A DNA stretch of 64,000 nucleotides. Source: Candidatus Omnitrophota bacterium. Its GTDB lineage: Bacteria > Omnitrophota > Gorgyraeia > JABMQH01. Under the pieces are notes generated by a model. The model saw only the letters and a list, made by a program, of their open reading frames with translations. It made no database searches and was not told where the DNA came from. Every line of letters starts with the position of its first letter. The first letter of the stretch is position 1. The translations under genes were made by a program, and so were the position numbers. The stretch covers positions 756 to 64,755 of the forward strand of contig JAQURK010000002.1 of the NCBI GenBank assembly GCA_028715645.1, in the 5' to 3' direction. Shown piece after piece: positions 54,164-62,571 of the stretch.

Positions 54164-54916
54164 TCATTCAATTACCAAATCGAGTTTGTGCGTTCGCTGC
54201 TTGGCAAGGTCCCAGGCGTATTCATAGAGGTGAAGGCCCTTGCTTGCCGCTATGATCTCGCCGTTTTCGACCCCTATCTCTTCCGCCATGTATTGTTTTA
54301 CCAGTTCCAGCCCGCCAAGGTTAGAAGGAAAACCTCCCCAAAGATCCCAGGAGCGGAAATACAGGAAGAAATGCAGCTTGCCGTACCTGACCCGGGTATC
54401 TATAAGCCGCAGGCAGGGCGGGTCAGCCAGTTTTAAGTCGGATGGCATCCCTATTTCCATGACCGCCTGGTTGGTCCCGAACCCCTGTGTCTTGTAGATC
54501 TTTATTACCTCTTCTATCTGGTTGCAGTTAAGCGGCATTTCGCGTATCAGTTTTTTCCCGTCTATGACCTCTTCTATCTTTGCCTTCGGCTCCACGAGCC
54601 TCTCGCCGTACGTATAATCCTCGGTCTGGGTTTTCATGCCGGTCAATAGATATGAAAGGTACTGTTTTATGTAATCCATGCTTGTAGGCGCGGGTATCCC
54701 TAGGCCTTCCGGCATTATCGGTATTATTTGGTGAGCGGGGTTCTTTACGCGCACCGTCACAAAATCAAATTCAAGCCTGCGCTGCCCCTCGTAACTGCCC
54801 CTGTCAATCTTATAAACATGCCCGTTTTCAAGTATCTCAGAAAGGCACCTGAACCAGGCGTCATCGAGATCGAATGCCTCTATGTGAACGGGTTTTAGCT
54901 CGTTTCTTTTCATCAT
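54164..54916 (-). CDS. Thymidylate synthase (ThyA) family protein, short archaeal-like form
   Basis: Aligns to the ThyA core (DPPCL = catalytic Cys region; LYFRSWDLWGGFPSNL ~ LYQRSCDVFLGLPFNI). 250 aa. The His after the catalytic Cys is replaced. Confidence 0.6.
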   Translation of the reverse strand: MMKRNELKPVHIEAFDLDDAWFRCLSEILENGHVYKIDRGSYEGQRRLEFDFVTVRVKNPAHQIIPIMPEGLGIPAPTSMDYIKQYLSYLLTGMKTQTEDYTYGERLVEPKAKIEEVIDGKKLIREMPLNCNQIEEVIKIYKTQGFGTNQAVMEIGMPSDLKLADPPCLRLIDTRVRYGKLHFFLYFRSWDLWGGFPSNLGGLELVKQYMAEEIGVENGEIIAASKGLHLYEYAWDLAKQRTHKLDLVIE

Positions 54917-54923
54917 CCCTCCG

Positions 54924-56822
54924 TTATTCCGCTATTAATTTCTTTATCTCGGGAAGCGCCGCCATGCAGGCCTCTTCTCCAAGAGAAATCAGAACCTCCG
55001 GATTGAAGAAATCCTTCCATGACCAGCCAATGATGCGCGGGTGTATAACTACATCTGCCTGCCGGCAATTGGCCTCCGCTGTTGAATATTCCAGCGCCTC
55101 AATGGAATCCATTATTATTTCAAGTATATTCGGTTTAAGGAAGTTCAGGATTTTTTTCTTTAGCCTTGATATGGTACCTTTTGGTTCACTGGCAGGCTTT
55201 CCCTTTTCTATTAAAAGCCCCTTTTGGACATCTTCAGGGCTCGGAATGGTGTTAACCGCGATGATCTTTTTTATATTCATCCTGTTAAGCAGGGAGACGG
55301 GTACAGGGTCCAGGATGCCGCCGTCTATCACGATCCTTCCTTCATGAATAACGGGCGAGTATACGCCCGGTATTGAGATGCTTGCCCTTACCGCGTCAAC
55401 AAGGCTGCCGGAAGCGATAATGGTCTCTTTCCGGTCAGTGAGGCCTGAGCAAACTATCCTTAATGGAAATTTTATTTCCTGAAATGTCCGGTTTCCCAGA
55501 TACCTTCTCAAAAAATGCATGGTCTTGGTGTCAGATAGAAGGCCTCTTATCGGGAACTTCAGGTCCTTAAGGCTGAGGGCGCCGAACTGCTTTTTATTTT
55601 CTATAGCTATTCTCTCCATGTCGGCGCCGGTGTAACCGGCGGCCCAAAACGCCCCTATGAGGCCGCCCATGCTTGAGCCGGCCGCGACATCTATGAGCAC
55701 CCCTTCCCTTTCAAGCACCTTGATCACTCCAATAATGGAAAGGCTCCAGGCCGCGCCTGAACCCAGCGCGATCCCGACCCGGACACCGCCGATCTCTCTC
55801 GCCACGCGTCTTACGGCAAGATTGTATTCCTGGCTGTTTTTAGCCGGGTCAGGCAATGTTGCGTATATGCCGTACTTTAAAACAGGCAGGTTGGCGGGCC
55901 TTCCGGCGGCCTCGCTGACAATGAACTTTATCATTTTACGCGGTTCACGAAACTGCCCTTCAAGTTTGTCTAGAAGGCTATTAACGGAATTAATATTTTC
56001 ACTCGAGTAGCCGGTAACAATATGGATGGTATCCGACTGTACGAGGGTGGCGACGGCGCATTCCGCCTCTTGGCCCGGAACCCCTACGATACAATAATCA
56101 AAATTTGCCGCCAGATAAGTAAGCAGCCACGCCGTTTGTCTTTCCGCAAGACGGGTACCGGCCCCTGCCGTCGCCTTTAACACGCTTATCCCTGTCTCAA
56201 ATTTTATAATCGCGCTTTTAAGTTCTTCTTCATCATGAATGGCCGGCAGGTTCGCGGTATCTAGGAATATGACTTCTTTGGCAGTTTCCCGGTAAAGAGC
56301 GGCTGCCAGCGCCATGGCATAATCTCCGCTGCCGGCCTCATTCGAAGGCCCATAAACGGAGATGATAGTGCTTTCAAACACGTTCTTTCTGCCCTTCTCT
56401 CTTCTTCGTAATCTGCGGGCGAGCACCGAACTAAAATGCAGGGCCAGATGCGGAAGTTCATTGAGTACCGCATGGAAATTTTCCTGGCCAATCTTTAAGA
56501 TAATGGAATCATTAACTGCCTCTGCCGAAACAGAATGAGATTCATTGGTAAGCAGCGATATGATGCCGAAATATGAACCACGGTAAAGGCATTCAAGGGT
56601 GACATTTCCTCCGGCCGCCTCTGTAAAAATGCGCACCCTGCCCGAAACTATCAGGTAGAAGGCATCAGGGACATCGCCTTCCCTGTAGATGGTTTCGCCT
56701 TTTTTATATTCAAAAAAATCGGACCTTTTTGAAATAAAATCTATCTGGCCGGCTTCTAAATCAGAAAAGAAACTGATTTGTTTAATAAGGAGGGTCTTGT
56801 CTGTGATTACCTTTTGGGGCAT
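54924..56822 (-). CDS. Cyclic-nucleotide-binding domain protein fused to a patatin-like phospholipase (bacterial NTE-like)
   Basis: N-terminal cNMP-binding domain (FYLIVSGRVRIF...). C-terminal patatin domain with a GSGAAW oxyanion region, GSSMG nucleophile elbow and DGG. 632 aa. Confidence 0.75.
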   Translation of the reverse strand: MPQKVITDKTLLIKQISFFSDLEAGQIDFISKRSDFFEYKKGETIYREGDVPDAFYLIVSGRVRIFTEAAGGNVTLECLYRGSYFGIISLLTNESHSVSAEAVNDSIILKIGQENFHAVLNELPHLALHFSSVLARRLRRREKGRKNVFESTIISVYGPSNEAGSGDYAMALAAALYRETAKEVIFLDTANLPAIHDEEELKSAIIKFETGISVLKATAGAGTRLAERQTAWLLTYLAANFDYCIVGVPGQEAECAVATLVQSDTIHIVTGYSSENINSVNSLLDKLEGQFREPRKMIKFIVSEAAGRPANLPVLKYGIYATLPDPAKNSQEYNLAVRRVAREIGGVRVGIALGSGAAWSLSIIGVIKVLEREGVLIDVAAGSSMGGLIGAFWAAGYTGADMERIAIENKKQFGALSLKDLKFPIRGLLSDTKTMHFLRRYLGNRTFQEIKFPLRIVCSGLTDRKETIIASGSLVDAVRASISIPGVYSPVIHEGRIVIDGGILDPVPVSLLNRMNIKKIIAVNTIPSPEDVQKGLLIEKGKPASEPKGTISRLKKKILNFLKPNILEIIMDSIEALEYSTAEANCRQADVVIHPRIIGWSWKDFFNPEVLISLGEEACMAALPEIKKLIAE

Positions 56823-56841
56823 CTAATCTGTCTAGAACGGT

Positions 56842-56869
56842 CATTGCGGGGCGCTTGCGCCCCGCAATG
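56842..56869. repeat. Perfect 13-bp inverted-repeat hairpin (CATTGCGGGGCGC tt GCGCCCCGCAATG) in the short intergenic gap
   Basis: Seen directly. Shares GTCATTGCG/CGCAATG termini with the palindrome inside ispG. Possible terminator or REP-like element. Confidence 0.5.
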
Positions 56870-56881
56870 CCTTTTATAGAT

Positions 56882-57268
56882 CTATCTTTTCGCTGCTATA
56901 CCGGCGGCATAACCTTTGTCGTAGCCGTCCTGGAAACCCCTTTGATATCCCTGATCAAATAAAGACGGCACGCCCGAGACCTGCTGGACCGGAACTGCCT
57001 GGACTGCTTGAACCTGTTGTGTCGGCTGCGGCGCAGGCGCCGTTATTGTATCAAGTAGAGCGCCTCCTACAACATTTACCCCGGCGCCTATAAGCGCCCC
57101 CTTTCCCGCCTTTCCGCCTGACGCGCTTGAGGCTATCGCGCCCGTTGCCGCGCCCATAAGGCCTTCCTTAAGGATGCTCTTATTCTCATCTTGTTGCGCG
57201 AAACACACGGGTGCTAACAATCCCAACACCAATGCAAGGCTTAACGCTATGCATATTGTCCTCATCAT
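56882..57268 (-). CDS. Secreted glycine-zipper protein (small Gly/Ala-rich envelope protein)
   Basis: Signal peptide, Gly-zipper segment GALIGAGVNVVGGALL, Q/V-rich linker, 128 aa. Good SD (AAGGAGGG). Confidence 0.6.
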   Translation of the reverse strand: MMRTICIALSLALVLGLLAPVCFAQQDENKSILKEGLMGAATGAIASSASGGKAGKGALIGAGVNVVGGALLDTITAPAPQPTQQVQAVQAVPVQQVSGVPSLFDQGYQRGFQDGYDKGYAAGIAAKR

Positions 57269-57369
57269 ATCCCTCCTTTCTTTCTATATGGTATTAAAAT
57301 ACATCATTCTTCCCCCTTCGTCAAGGTTAAAGTGTTCATGCCGGGGCAGCTCAACCCTTTCTATTGGTC

Positions 57370-57525
57370 AGCAACGGGTCCTGCCGCCGAACAGCCCAAA
57401 TTTCTTAGGGGGGTTTATCCCGCCTTCGGCGGGATCCAAGCAATACGTAAAGCTGGCTGTGGGTTTCTGTACCCCCCATCCCCCTATTCAAAATTTGGGC
57501 GCCCGTTCGGCGTCACCCGTTGCTT
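57370..57525. repeat. ~155-nt nested palindromic structured element within a 660-bp divergent intergenic region (candidate ncRNA or MITE-like element)
   Basis: Outer ~30-nt inverted arms (gcaacgggtcctgccgccgaacagcccaaattt / aaatttgggcgcccgttcggcgtcacccgttgc). Inner GGGGGGT...ACCCCCC stem and a CCCGCC-UUCG-GCGGG hairpin. Confidence 0.4.
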
Positions 57526-57885
57526 TGCCCACTTATTTAGAAATTTTTACTCTTCATACTAGTAAAGGGGTCCCCCGAGGGGTAGTGCCTCGACTCCTCT
57601 GCTTATCTTGTGACAACCCAGGAAAAAGGAATTGTGAGCGAATAGAAAATTTAGCCTTTTATGAGCATTTTGGCGGTTTCTAAAAGGGCGGCGGTTGTTT
57701 GAGCCGACACTCCTTATGTGTCAGGCGAGTTCCGCCGCCCCCGTCAAAATGCGATATAAAAGGCGTTTAAAATTTTCTCCCTGAGCGAACAATCCTTTTT
57801 CCTGGGTTGACAATAGTGTTCCCGCTTTGGCACTGCCCCGAGAGGGGAAACATAGAGAGAAGTAAAAATTTCTCTCCCGCTCCAG

Positions 57886-57914
57886 TTGACTTGTGAAATG
57901 CAATGTGCTAAGAT
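57886..57914 (+). promoter_or_regulatory. Candidate sigma70 promoter (TTGACT, 17-nt spacer, TAAGAT) for the lone plus-strand gene
   Basis: ttgacttgtgaaatgcaatgtgctaagat, about 15 nt upstream of GGAGGAGG and the ATG at 57930. Confidence 0.4.
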
Positions 57915-57929
57915 TCGGAGGAGGATGAA

Positions 57930-58424
57930 ATGAGAAGAATTTTAATAGGGTTAATAATAGGTGTAGTGGTAGTTTATCTTGCCTATAACGGGCTGAGGGC
58001 GAGATTCTACAGGACGATCTCGCAGGAAACGCTGGTGGGAACGGTGCAGTGTGCCCCGGCGCGGGACCGCACACATGATTTTTATTTGTTTTATTTCCCG
58101 GGCAAGAACGCGGACAGGTCAGATTTTATCTTTTTAAAATTAAACGGCGATTACTGGGCGTTCGAGGGCGAGATCATCAAATGGAAAAGGCCGGTGAATT
58201 TCGCGGGCCTTAGGACCTGCCATCGCCCGGTGAGGATCTATGATTCAAAAGGGACTTCTCAGCCGCTTGAAACAGGACCGGGCAGATTTGCCTTTAGAAC
58301 CGAGAAGCTCCTTCCGTTTATTGACACAAGCTTCATATCAATAGTGAAACAACCCTTCAAGCCAAGGCTTAAGTTCGGTATTTACGCCACAAACACAGGT
58401 TATCTGGTCAGGAGGATCAGGTAG
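57930..58424 (+). CDS. Hypothetical membrane-anchored protein
   Basis: 164 aa, strong SD GGAGGAGG, one N-terminal TM helix. The only convincing plus-strand CDS in the window. The overlapping minus ORF at 57721..58074 is low-complexity. Confidence 0.6.
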   Translation: MRRILIGLIIGVVVVYLAYNGLRARFYRTISQETLVGTVQCAPARDRTHDFYLFYFPGKNADRSDFIFLKLNGDYWAFEGEIIKWKRPVNFAGLRTCHRPVRIYDSKGTSQPLETGPGRFAFRTEKLLPFIDTSFISIVKQPFKPRLKFGIYATNTGYLVRRIR

Positions 58425-59100
58425 CTTTTCCGCGGCAGGCCTTCACGCATATTCCGCAGACATATTGAGGGACGTATCTTTGTTTCTGGAAAAATTTTAG
58501 TTTTTCAAAACACGCCAGATGGTCGAATTCTTCCTGCGAACTTTTGATAGCGTTCGCCGGGCATACGGCGGCGCAGCGGCCGCATTCCGCGCATCCATTC
58601 TTAAGGGGTTTATCTGTTTTGACAGGCATATCCGTAAGCAGCGTCGCCAGCCTTATACGCGACCCGTATTTCGGATGGACGATAAGATTATGGAGCCCAA
58701 GCCATCCTATTCCTGAGAGTTGCGCGACCCTCTTATGAGAAACATGGGCGGTTTGTTTTTCCCAGTCGACTATCTGCGAGGCGGGGACAGGCAGGGCATT
58801 AAAACCGCGGCCCTGTATTACTCCCGTAAGCCGCATCGTGATCTGATCTAACAGGTTGTTTGCCTGACGGTAATGATGAAAATAGAGGTTTGTCGGCCGG
58901 TCAATGATCCCTTCAAGTATGTTTTTAGAAAGCCCTATGGCGATGGAAATTGCAAAATCCAGATCCTCTGTCGCCTGGGCGGGCAGGTTAAAGCTTTTCT
59001 TCTCATTTTCAATGCGGCAGGCGCCAAACGCTATTGCTCCCAGCGTCATGGCTGTTTTTTTTAGCCGATTATAGTTATCTTTTTGTTTGTTTGCGGCCAT
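58417..59100 (-). CDS. QueG-like (epoxyqueuosine reductase family) 4Fe-4S protein, short form
   Basis: [28 protein letters not shown] matches the QueG core motif. C-terminal CxxCxxCxxxCP ferredoxin motif. 227 aa, shorter than canonical QueG. Confidence 0.5.
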   Translation of the reverse strand: MAANKQKDNYNRLKKTAMTLGAIAFGACRIENEKKSFNLPAQATEDLDFAISIAIGLSKNILEGIIDRPTNLYFHHYRQANNLLDQITMRLTGVIQGRGFNALPVPASQIVDWEKQTAHVSHKRVAQLSGIGWLGLHNLIVHPKYGSRIRLATLLTDMPVKTDKPLKNGCAECGRCAAVCPANAIKSSQEEFDHLACFEKLKFFQKQRYVPQYVCGICVKACRGKAT

Positions 59101-60868
59101 GCAGATTCACCATGAGTATGGAAATTGCTACAGGCGTAATCCCGGATATCCTTGAGGCCTGGCCGAGGGATCGCGGCCGGAAATGGGTCAATTTCTCGCG
59201 AACCTCGTTGGAAAGACCGAAAACACCGCTGTAATCAAAGCCTTCCGGGATTGTTATCCCTTCTATTTTTTTAAATCTCTCGATATCCTTAAGTTGTCTC
59301 TCTATAAAACCTTCATATTTTATCTCTATCTCAACCTGCCTCTTTATATTTTCAGGCATTGCTTCGCTAAACGCGGTATCCCTGCAAATATTGGCGTATG
59401 TTACCGAAGGCCGCCTGAGTATCCTGTCGAGCCTTTCCCTTTTAAGCCTCGCTATCTCTGCCCTGATAAGGCGCGCCTTTTCGATTACAATTTCATAATC
59501 TTCTTTTTTAACAAGGCCGAGCCGATATCCGAACCCTCTTAACCTGATGTCGGCATTGTCTTCTCTTAAGATAAGCCTGTATTCTGCCCTCGAGGTAAAC
59601 ATCCGGTACGGTTCATTCGTCCCCTTGGTAACCAAATCATCTATCAAAATTCCTATATAAGCTTGAGACCTGTCCAGGATAAGCGGCGCCGTGCCCTGTA
59701 TCATAAGGGCGGCGTTTATACCCGCGATCAGTCCCTGGGCCGCCGCCTCTTCATATCCGGTCGTCCCGTTTATCTGTCCCGCCAAAAAAAGCCCTGCCAG
59801 AGCCTTTGTCTCAAGGGTGGGTTTAAGCTGTGTCGGTTCGACAAAATCATATTCTATTCCGTAACCCGGTTTTAAGATCTCCGCCTTTTCAAGCCCCTTT
59901 ATTGACCTTAGCATCTCACGTTGGACATCTAAAGGTAAGCTTGTCGAGACGCCGTTTGGATAGCATTCGACGGTATCCGTACCCTCCGGCTCCAGAAATA
60001 TCTGGTGCTGCGCCCTCTGGCTAAAACGCACAATTTTGTCTTCAATGGAAGGACAATACCTGACGCCTCTTGCCTTGATTACGCCTGCGTACAGGGGTGA
60101 ACGGTCAAGGTTGCGTCTTATGATATCGTGCGTTGTTTTATTCGTGTAAGTAATGTAACACGGGACCTGTTCTCGGGAAATGCCGCGCGTTGAAAAAGAA
60201 AACGGGACAGGCACTTCATCACCGTTCTGGACTTTAAGGCCGGAAAAATCTATGGTTCTCGAATCCAGCCTTGGAGTGGTCCCGGTCTTAAGCCGGCCTA
60301 AAACGATGCCGGCCGCCTTAAGGCTGTCCGAAAATCCGGACGCCGGCTCACCGAGCCTGCCGCCCGGGAAATGCTTAAGGCCGATATGTATGACACCGTT
60401 TAAAAAAGTTCCCGTTGTAACAACCACCGCGGCGCCGAAAATCTTTTCGCCGTTTGTCAACCTCACGCCTTCAATCTGCCCTGAGCCAAACAGAATGCCC
60501 GCGGCCTCCCCTTCCATTATGGAAAGATTTTCCTGCGCTTCAAGTACGGCCTTCATGTAATCCCTGTATTTTTTGAGATCTACTTGCGCGCGCGAAGAAC
60601 GGACTGCCGGGCCCTTGCTCATGTTGAGCATCCTGTACTGGATGGCGGTCGCGTCCGTCGCCTTCGCCATCTCGCCGCCAAGGGCATCGATCTCCTTAAC
60701 CAGCTGGCCCTTGCCCACCCCGCCGATAGCCGGGTTGCAGGACATAAGTCCGATGGTTTCCTTACTCATAGTGAGCATAAGGACACGCTTTCCCATGCGC
60801 GCCGCGGCCAGCGCCGCCTCGCACCCCGCGTGTCCCGCCCCTATCACTATTATGTCATACTTATTCAT
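59075..60868 (-). CDS. mnmG: tRNA uridine 5-carboxymethylaminomethyl modification enzyme MnmG (GidA)
   Basis: [29 protein letters not shown] motif. ATG at 60868 with AAGAGGAAAT upstream. The ORF track's GTG at 60910 would extend into the repeat region. Confidence 0.9.
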   Translation of the reverse strand: MNKYDIIVIGAGHAGCEAALAAARMGKRVLMLTMSKETIGLMSCNPAIGGVGKGQLVKEIDALGGEMAKATDATAIQYRMLNMSKGPAVRSSRAQVDLKKYRDYMKAVLEAQENLSIMEGEAAGILFGSGQIEGVRLTNGEKIFGAAVVVTTGTFLNGVIHIGLKHFPGGRLGEPASGFSDSLKAAGIVLGRLKTGTTPRLDSRTIDFSGLKVQNGDEVPVPFSFSTRGISREQVPCYITYTNKTTHDIIRRNLDRSPLYAGVIKARGVRYCPSIEDKIVRFSQRAQHQIFLEPEGTDTVECYPNGVSTSLPLDVQREMLRSIKGLEKAEILKPGYGIEYDFVEPTQLKPTLETKALAGLFLAGQINGTTGYEEAAAQGLIAGINAALMIQGTAPLILDRSQAYIGILIDDLVTKGTNEPYRMFTSRAEYRLILREDNADIRLRGFGYRLGLVKKEDYEIVIEKARLIRAEIARLKRERLDRILRRPSVTYANICRDTAFSEAMPENIKRQVEIEIKYEGFIERQLKDIERFKKIEGITIPEGFDYSGVFGLSNEVREKLTHFRPRSLGQASRISGITPVAISILMVNLHGRKQTKR

Positions 60869-60878
60869 ATTTCCTCTT

Positions 60879-60926
60879 GGGGACACCTCTAGGTTCAAAA
60901 ATGGGGACACACCTAGGTTTAAAAAT
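60879..60926. repeat. Two tandem 24-bp direct repeats (GGGGACAC[CT/AC]CTAGGTT[C/T]AAAAAT) immediately upstream of the mnmG RBS, followed by the GGGACAGTCCC palindrome
   Basis: Seen directly. 22 of 24 positions are identical between the two copies. Confidence 0.5.
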
Positions 60927-60946
60927 GGGACAGTCCCCTAAAACTA

Positions 60947-60975
60947 ATTACTGATTACTGATTACCGGTTACTGA
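60947..60975. repeat. Heptamer tandem repeat (ATTACTG x ~4.5) abutting the GH57 stop codon
   Basis: taattactgattactgattaccggttactgattac. Confidence 0.5.
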
Positions 60976-62571
60976 TTACTTTTTGCAATAAATCTTGTAA
61001 TCAATATCAGGAAAGATGTTGTCCTTACCTTCTATATCGGACAAAAAATTCGAGTCCACCCTGCCGGATCTTATCTCGTTATATAATCTGGTGAACCTGT
61101 AGATGTGGTCCTTGGTTCGACGGTAGGCGTATGAGGAATGGGTTCTGGTCTTCATGATAAAGGCCCAATCGCTTGATTGAGCCAGCAAAAGTTCCCTTGC
61201 GGCCTGGTTAAGGCCGCGTCTCATTATGCCGTTGGGCTGCGATTCGCAATAAGTATCAGCCAATTCGACCATGCGCTCCGCCGCCTTGTGAAGGTGCCTA
61301 TATATCCAGTCGTTGGATCCTTCAAGCCATACCTCATTATACCCCTTCCAGCCCCAGCTTGAATAAGACGGGGTAAGCACCTGGTTCCGCGGATAGATCT
61401 TGAGATAATCCAATGGGGTAATCAATTTTATGTTTTTCTGATCGTAATAGATCTTCCTTATCAGGAAATTAAGCCAATCAGGCCCTTCGAACCACCAGTG
61501 CCCGAAAAGTTCAGCGTCATACGGCGATACGATTATCGGCCGCCTGCCCATGATGCCAAGGAGGTGCTCTGCCTGCTTTTCCCTGTTGAACATGAAGTTC
61601 GCGGCATGGGCGGCCGCCGCATCCAGGGCGTTTTTTCTGACATACGGTTCTTTATTCTCTGTCTCGCCGGTTATCTTGTAATATTTAATACCTGTGTTCA
61701 CCCGCGTGCCGTCCGGCAATATATAGGGTTTTACGTAATCATACTCAAGATCATGGCCTATATCGCGGTAAAACTCCCTGTAATTATAATCACCAGGATA
61801 CCCTTCCTGGGAGCTCCAGACGGATTTTGAGCTCTCAACGTCCCTGCCAAAAGCGGCGACCCCCGACTTGCAGTAACAGGGCGCGAATATCCCAAACTTT
61901 GGCCGCGGCGAGCCGAAAAGGATGCCGTGTGTATCCGTAAGAAAATACCTTATACCAAATTCTTTAAGTATTTCGTCGTCGCCCGGATTATAAGCGCATT
62001 CGGGCAGCCATATCCCCGGAGGCGTCTTCCCGAATAATTTTCTATGGATGTCGACGCCGACCTTTATCTGCGCCCTTACCGATACCTTTCTTTCTACCTC
62101 CATAAGAGGCAAGTAGCCGTGAGTTGCCCCGCAGGTTATGATCTCAAGCACGCCCGCGTCAGAGAATTTCTTAAAGGCATTGATTATGTTCATCTTGTAT
62201 TCATCGCAAAAGATATACCTTGCCCGGCTGAACCTCTGATGATACATAAGCGCCAGCTCATGAAATTGCCCCTGCCAGCGCGTGCGCTCGATTTCCTTTG
62301 AGGATAATTCGATCAGTTTATCGAGATGCTTCAGATAGCGATTCTGCAGGAGGGGGTCCATAAGCATGGACAAAAGGGTGGGCGTAAGCGACATGGTTAT
62401 CCTGAAACCTATGTTTTCCTTTAATAGCCCCTCAAAGACATCTATGAGCGGGATATAGGTTTCGGTAATGGCCTCGTAAAGCCAATCCTCTTCTAAAAAA
62501 TCCTCATGCTCCGGATGGCGTACAAACGGAAGATGGGCATGCAGGACTAAAGCGAGATAACCCTTTTCCAT
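60976..62571 (-). CDS. Glycoside hydrolase family 57 protein (1,4-alpha-glucan branching enzyme-like)
   Basis: LALVLHAHLPFVRHPE... GH57 N-terminal signature. 531 aa. Confidence 0.8.
   Translation of the reverse strand: MEKGYLALVLHAHLPFVRHPEHEDFLEEDWLYEAITETYIPLIDVFEGLLKENIGFRITMSLTPTLLSMLMDPLLQNRYLKHLDKLIELSSKEIERTRWQGQFHELALMYHQRFSRARYIFCDEYKMNIINAFKKFSDAGVLEIITCGATHGYLPLMEVERKVSVRAQIKVGVDIHRKLFGKTPPGIWLPECAYNPGDDEILKEFGIRYFLTDTHGILFGSPRPKFGIFAPCYCKSGVAAFGRDVESSKSVWSSQEGYPGDYNYREFYRDIGHDLEYDYVKPYILPDGTRVNTGIKYYKITGETENKEPYVRKNALDAAAAHAANFMFNREKQAEHLLGIMGRRPIIVSPYDAELFGHWWFEGPDWLNFLIRKIYYDQKNIKLITPLDYLKIYPRNQVLTPSYSSWGWKGYNEVWLEGSNDWIYRHLHKAAERMVELADTYCESQPNGIMRRGLNQAARELLLAQSSDWAFIMKTRTHSSYAYRRTKDHIYRFTRLYNEIRSGRVDSNFLSDIEGKDNIFPDIDYKIYCKK

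Noticed and set aside
54924-56822. cNMP-patatin protein as a CBASS/Pycsar-type anti-phage effector
   Set aside because: No nucleotidyl cyclase, CD-NTase or other defence gene is adjacent. The neighbours are guaA, a ThyA-like gene and an envelope protein, so a housekeeping NTE-like role is more parsimonious. Reported as a finding at moderate interest only.
57269-57929. Possibility of tmRNA, RNase P RNA, SRP RNA or 6S RNA in the long intergenic region
   Set aside because: No hallmark motifs found on either strand: no GGAAAGUCCGG P4 region, no tag-peptide reading frame ending in ALAA, no SRP domain IV AGCAG/GGAA helix. Kept only as a generic structured-element finding.
57721-58074. Minus-strand 117-aa ORF overlapping the start of the plus-strand gene 57930..58424
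   Set aside because: Proline-rich, low-complexity translation and no SD. The plus-strand ORF has a strong GGAGGAGG RBS and a TM helix, so it is preferred.
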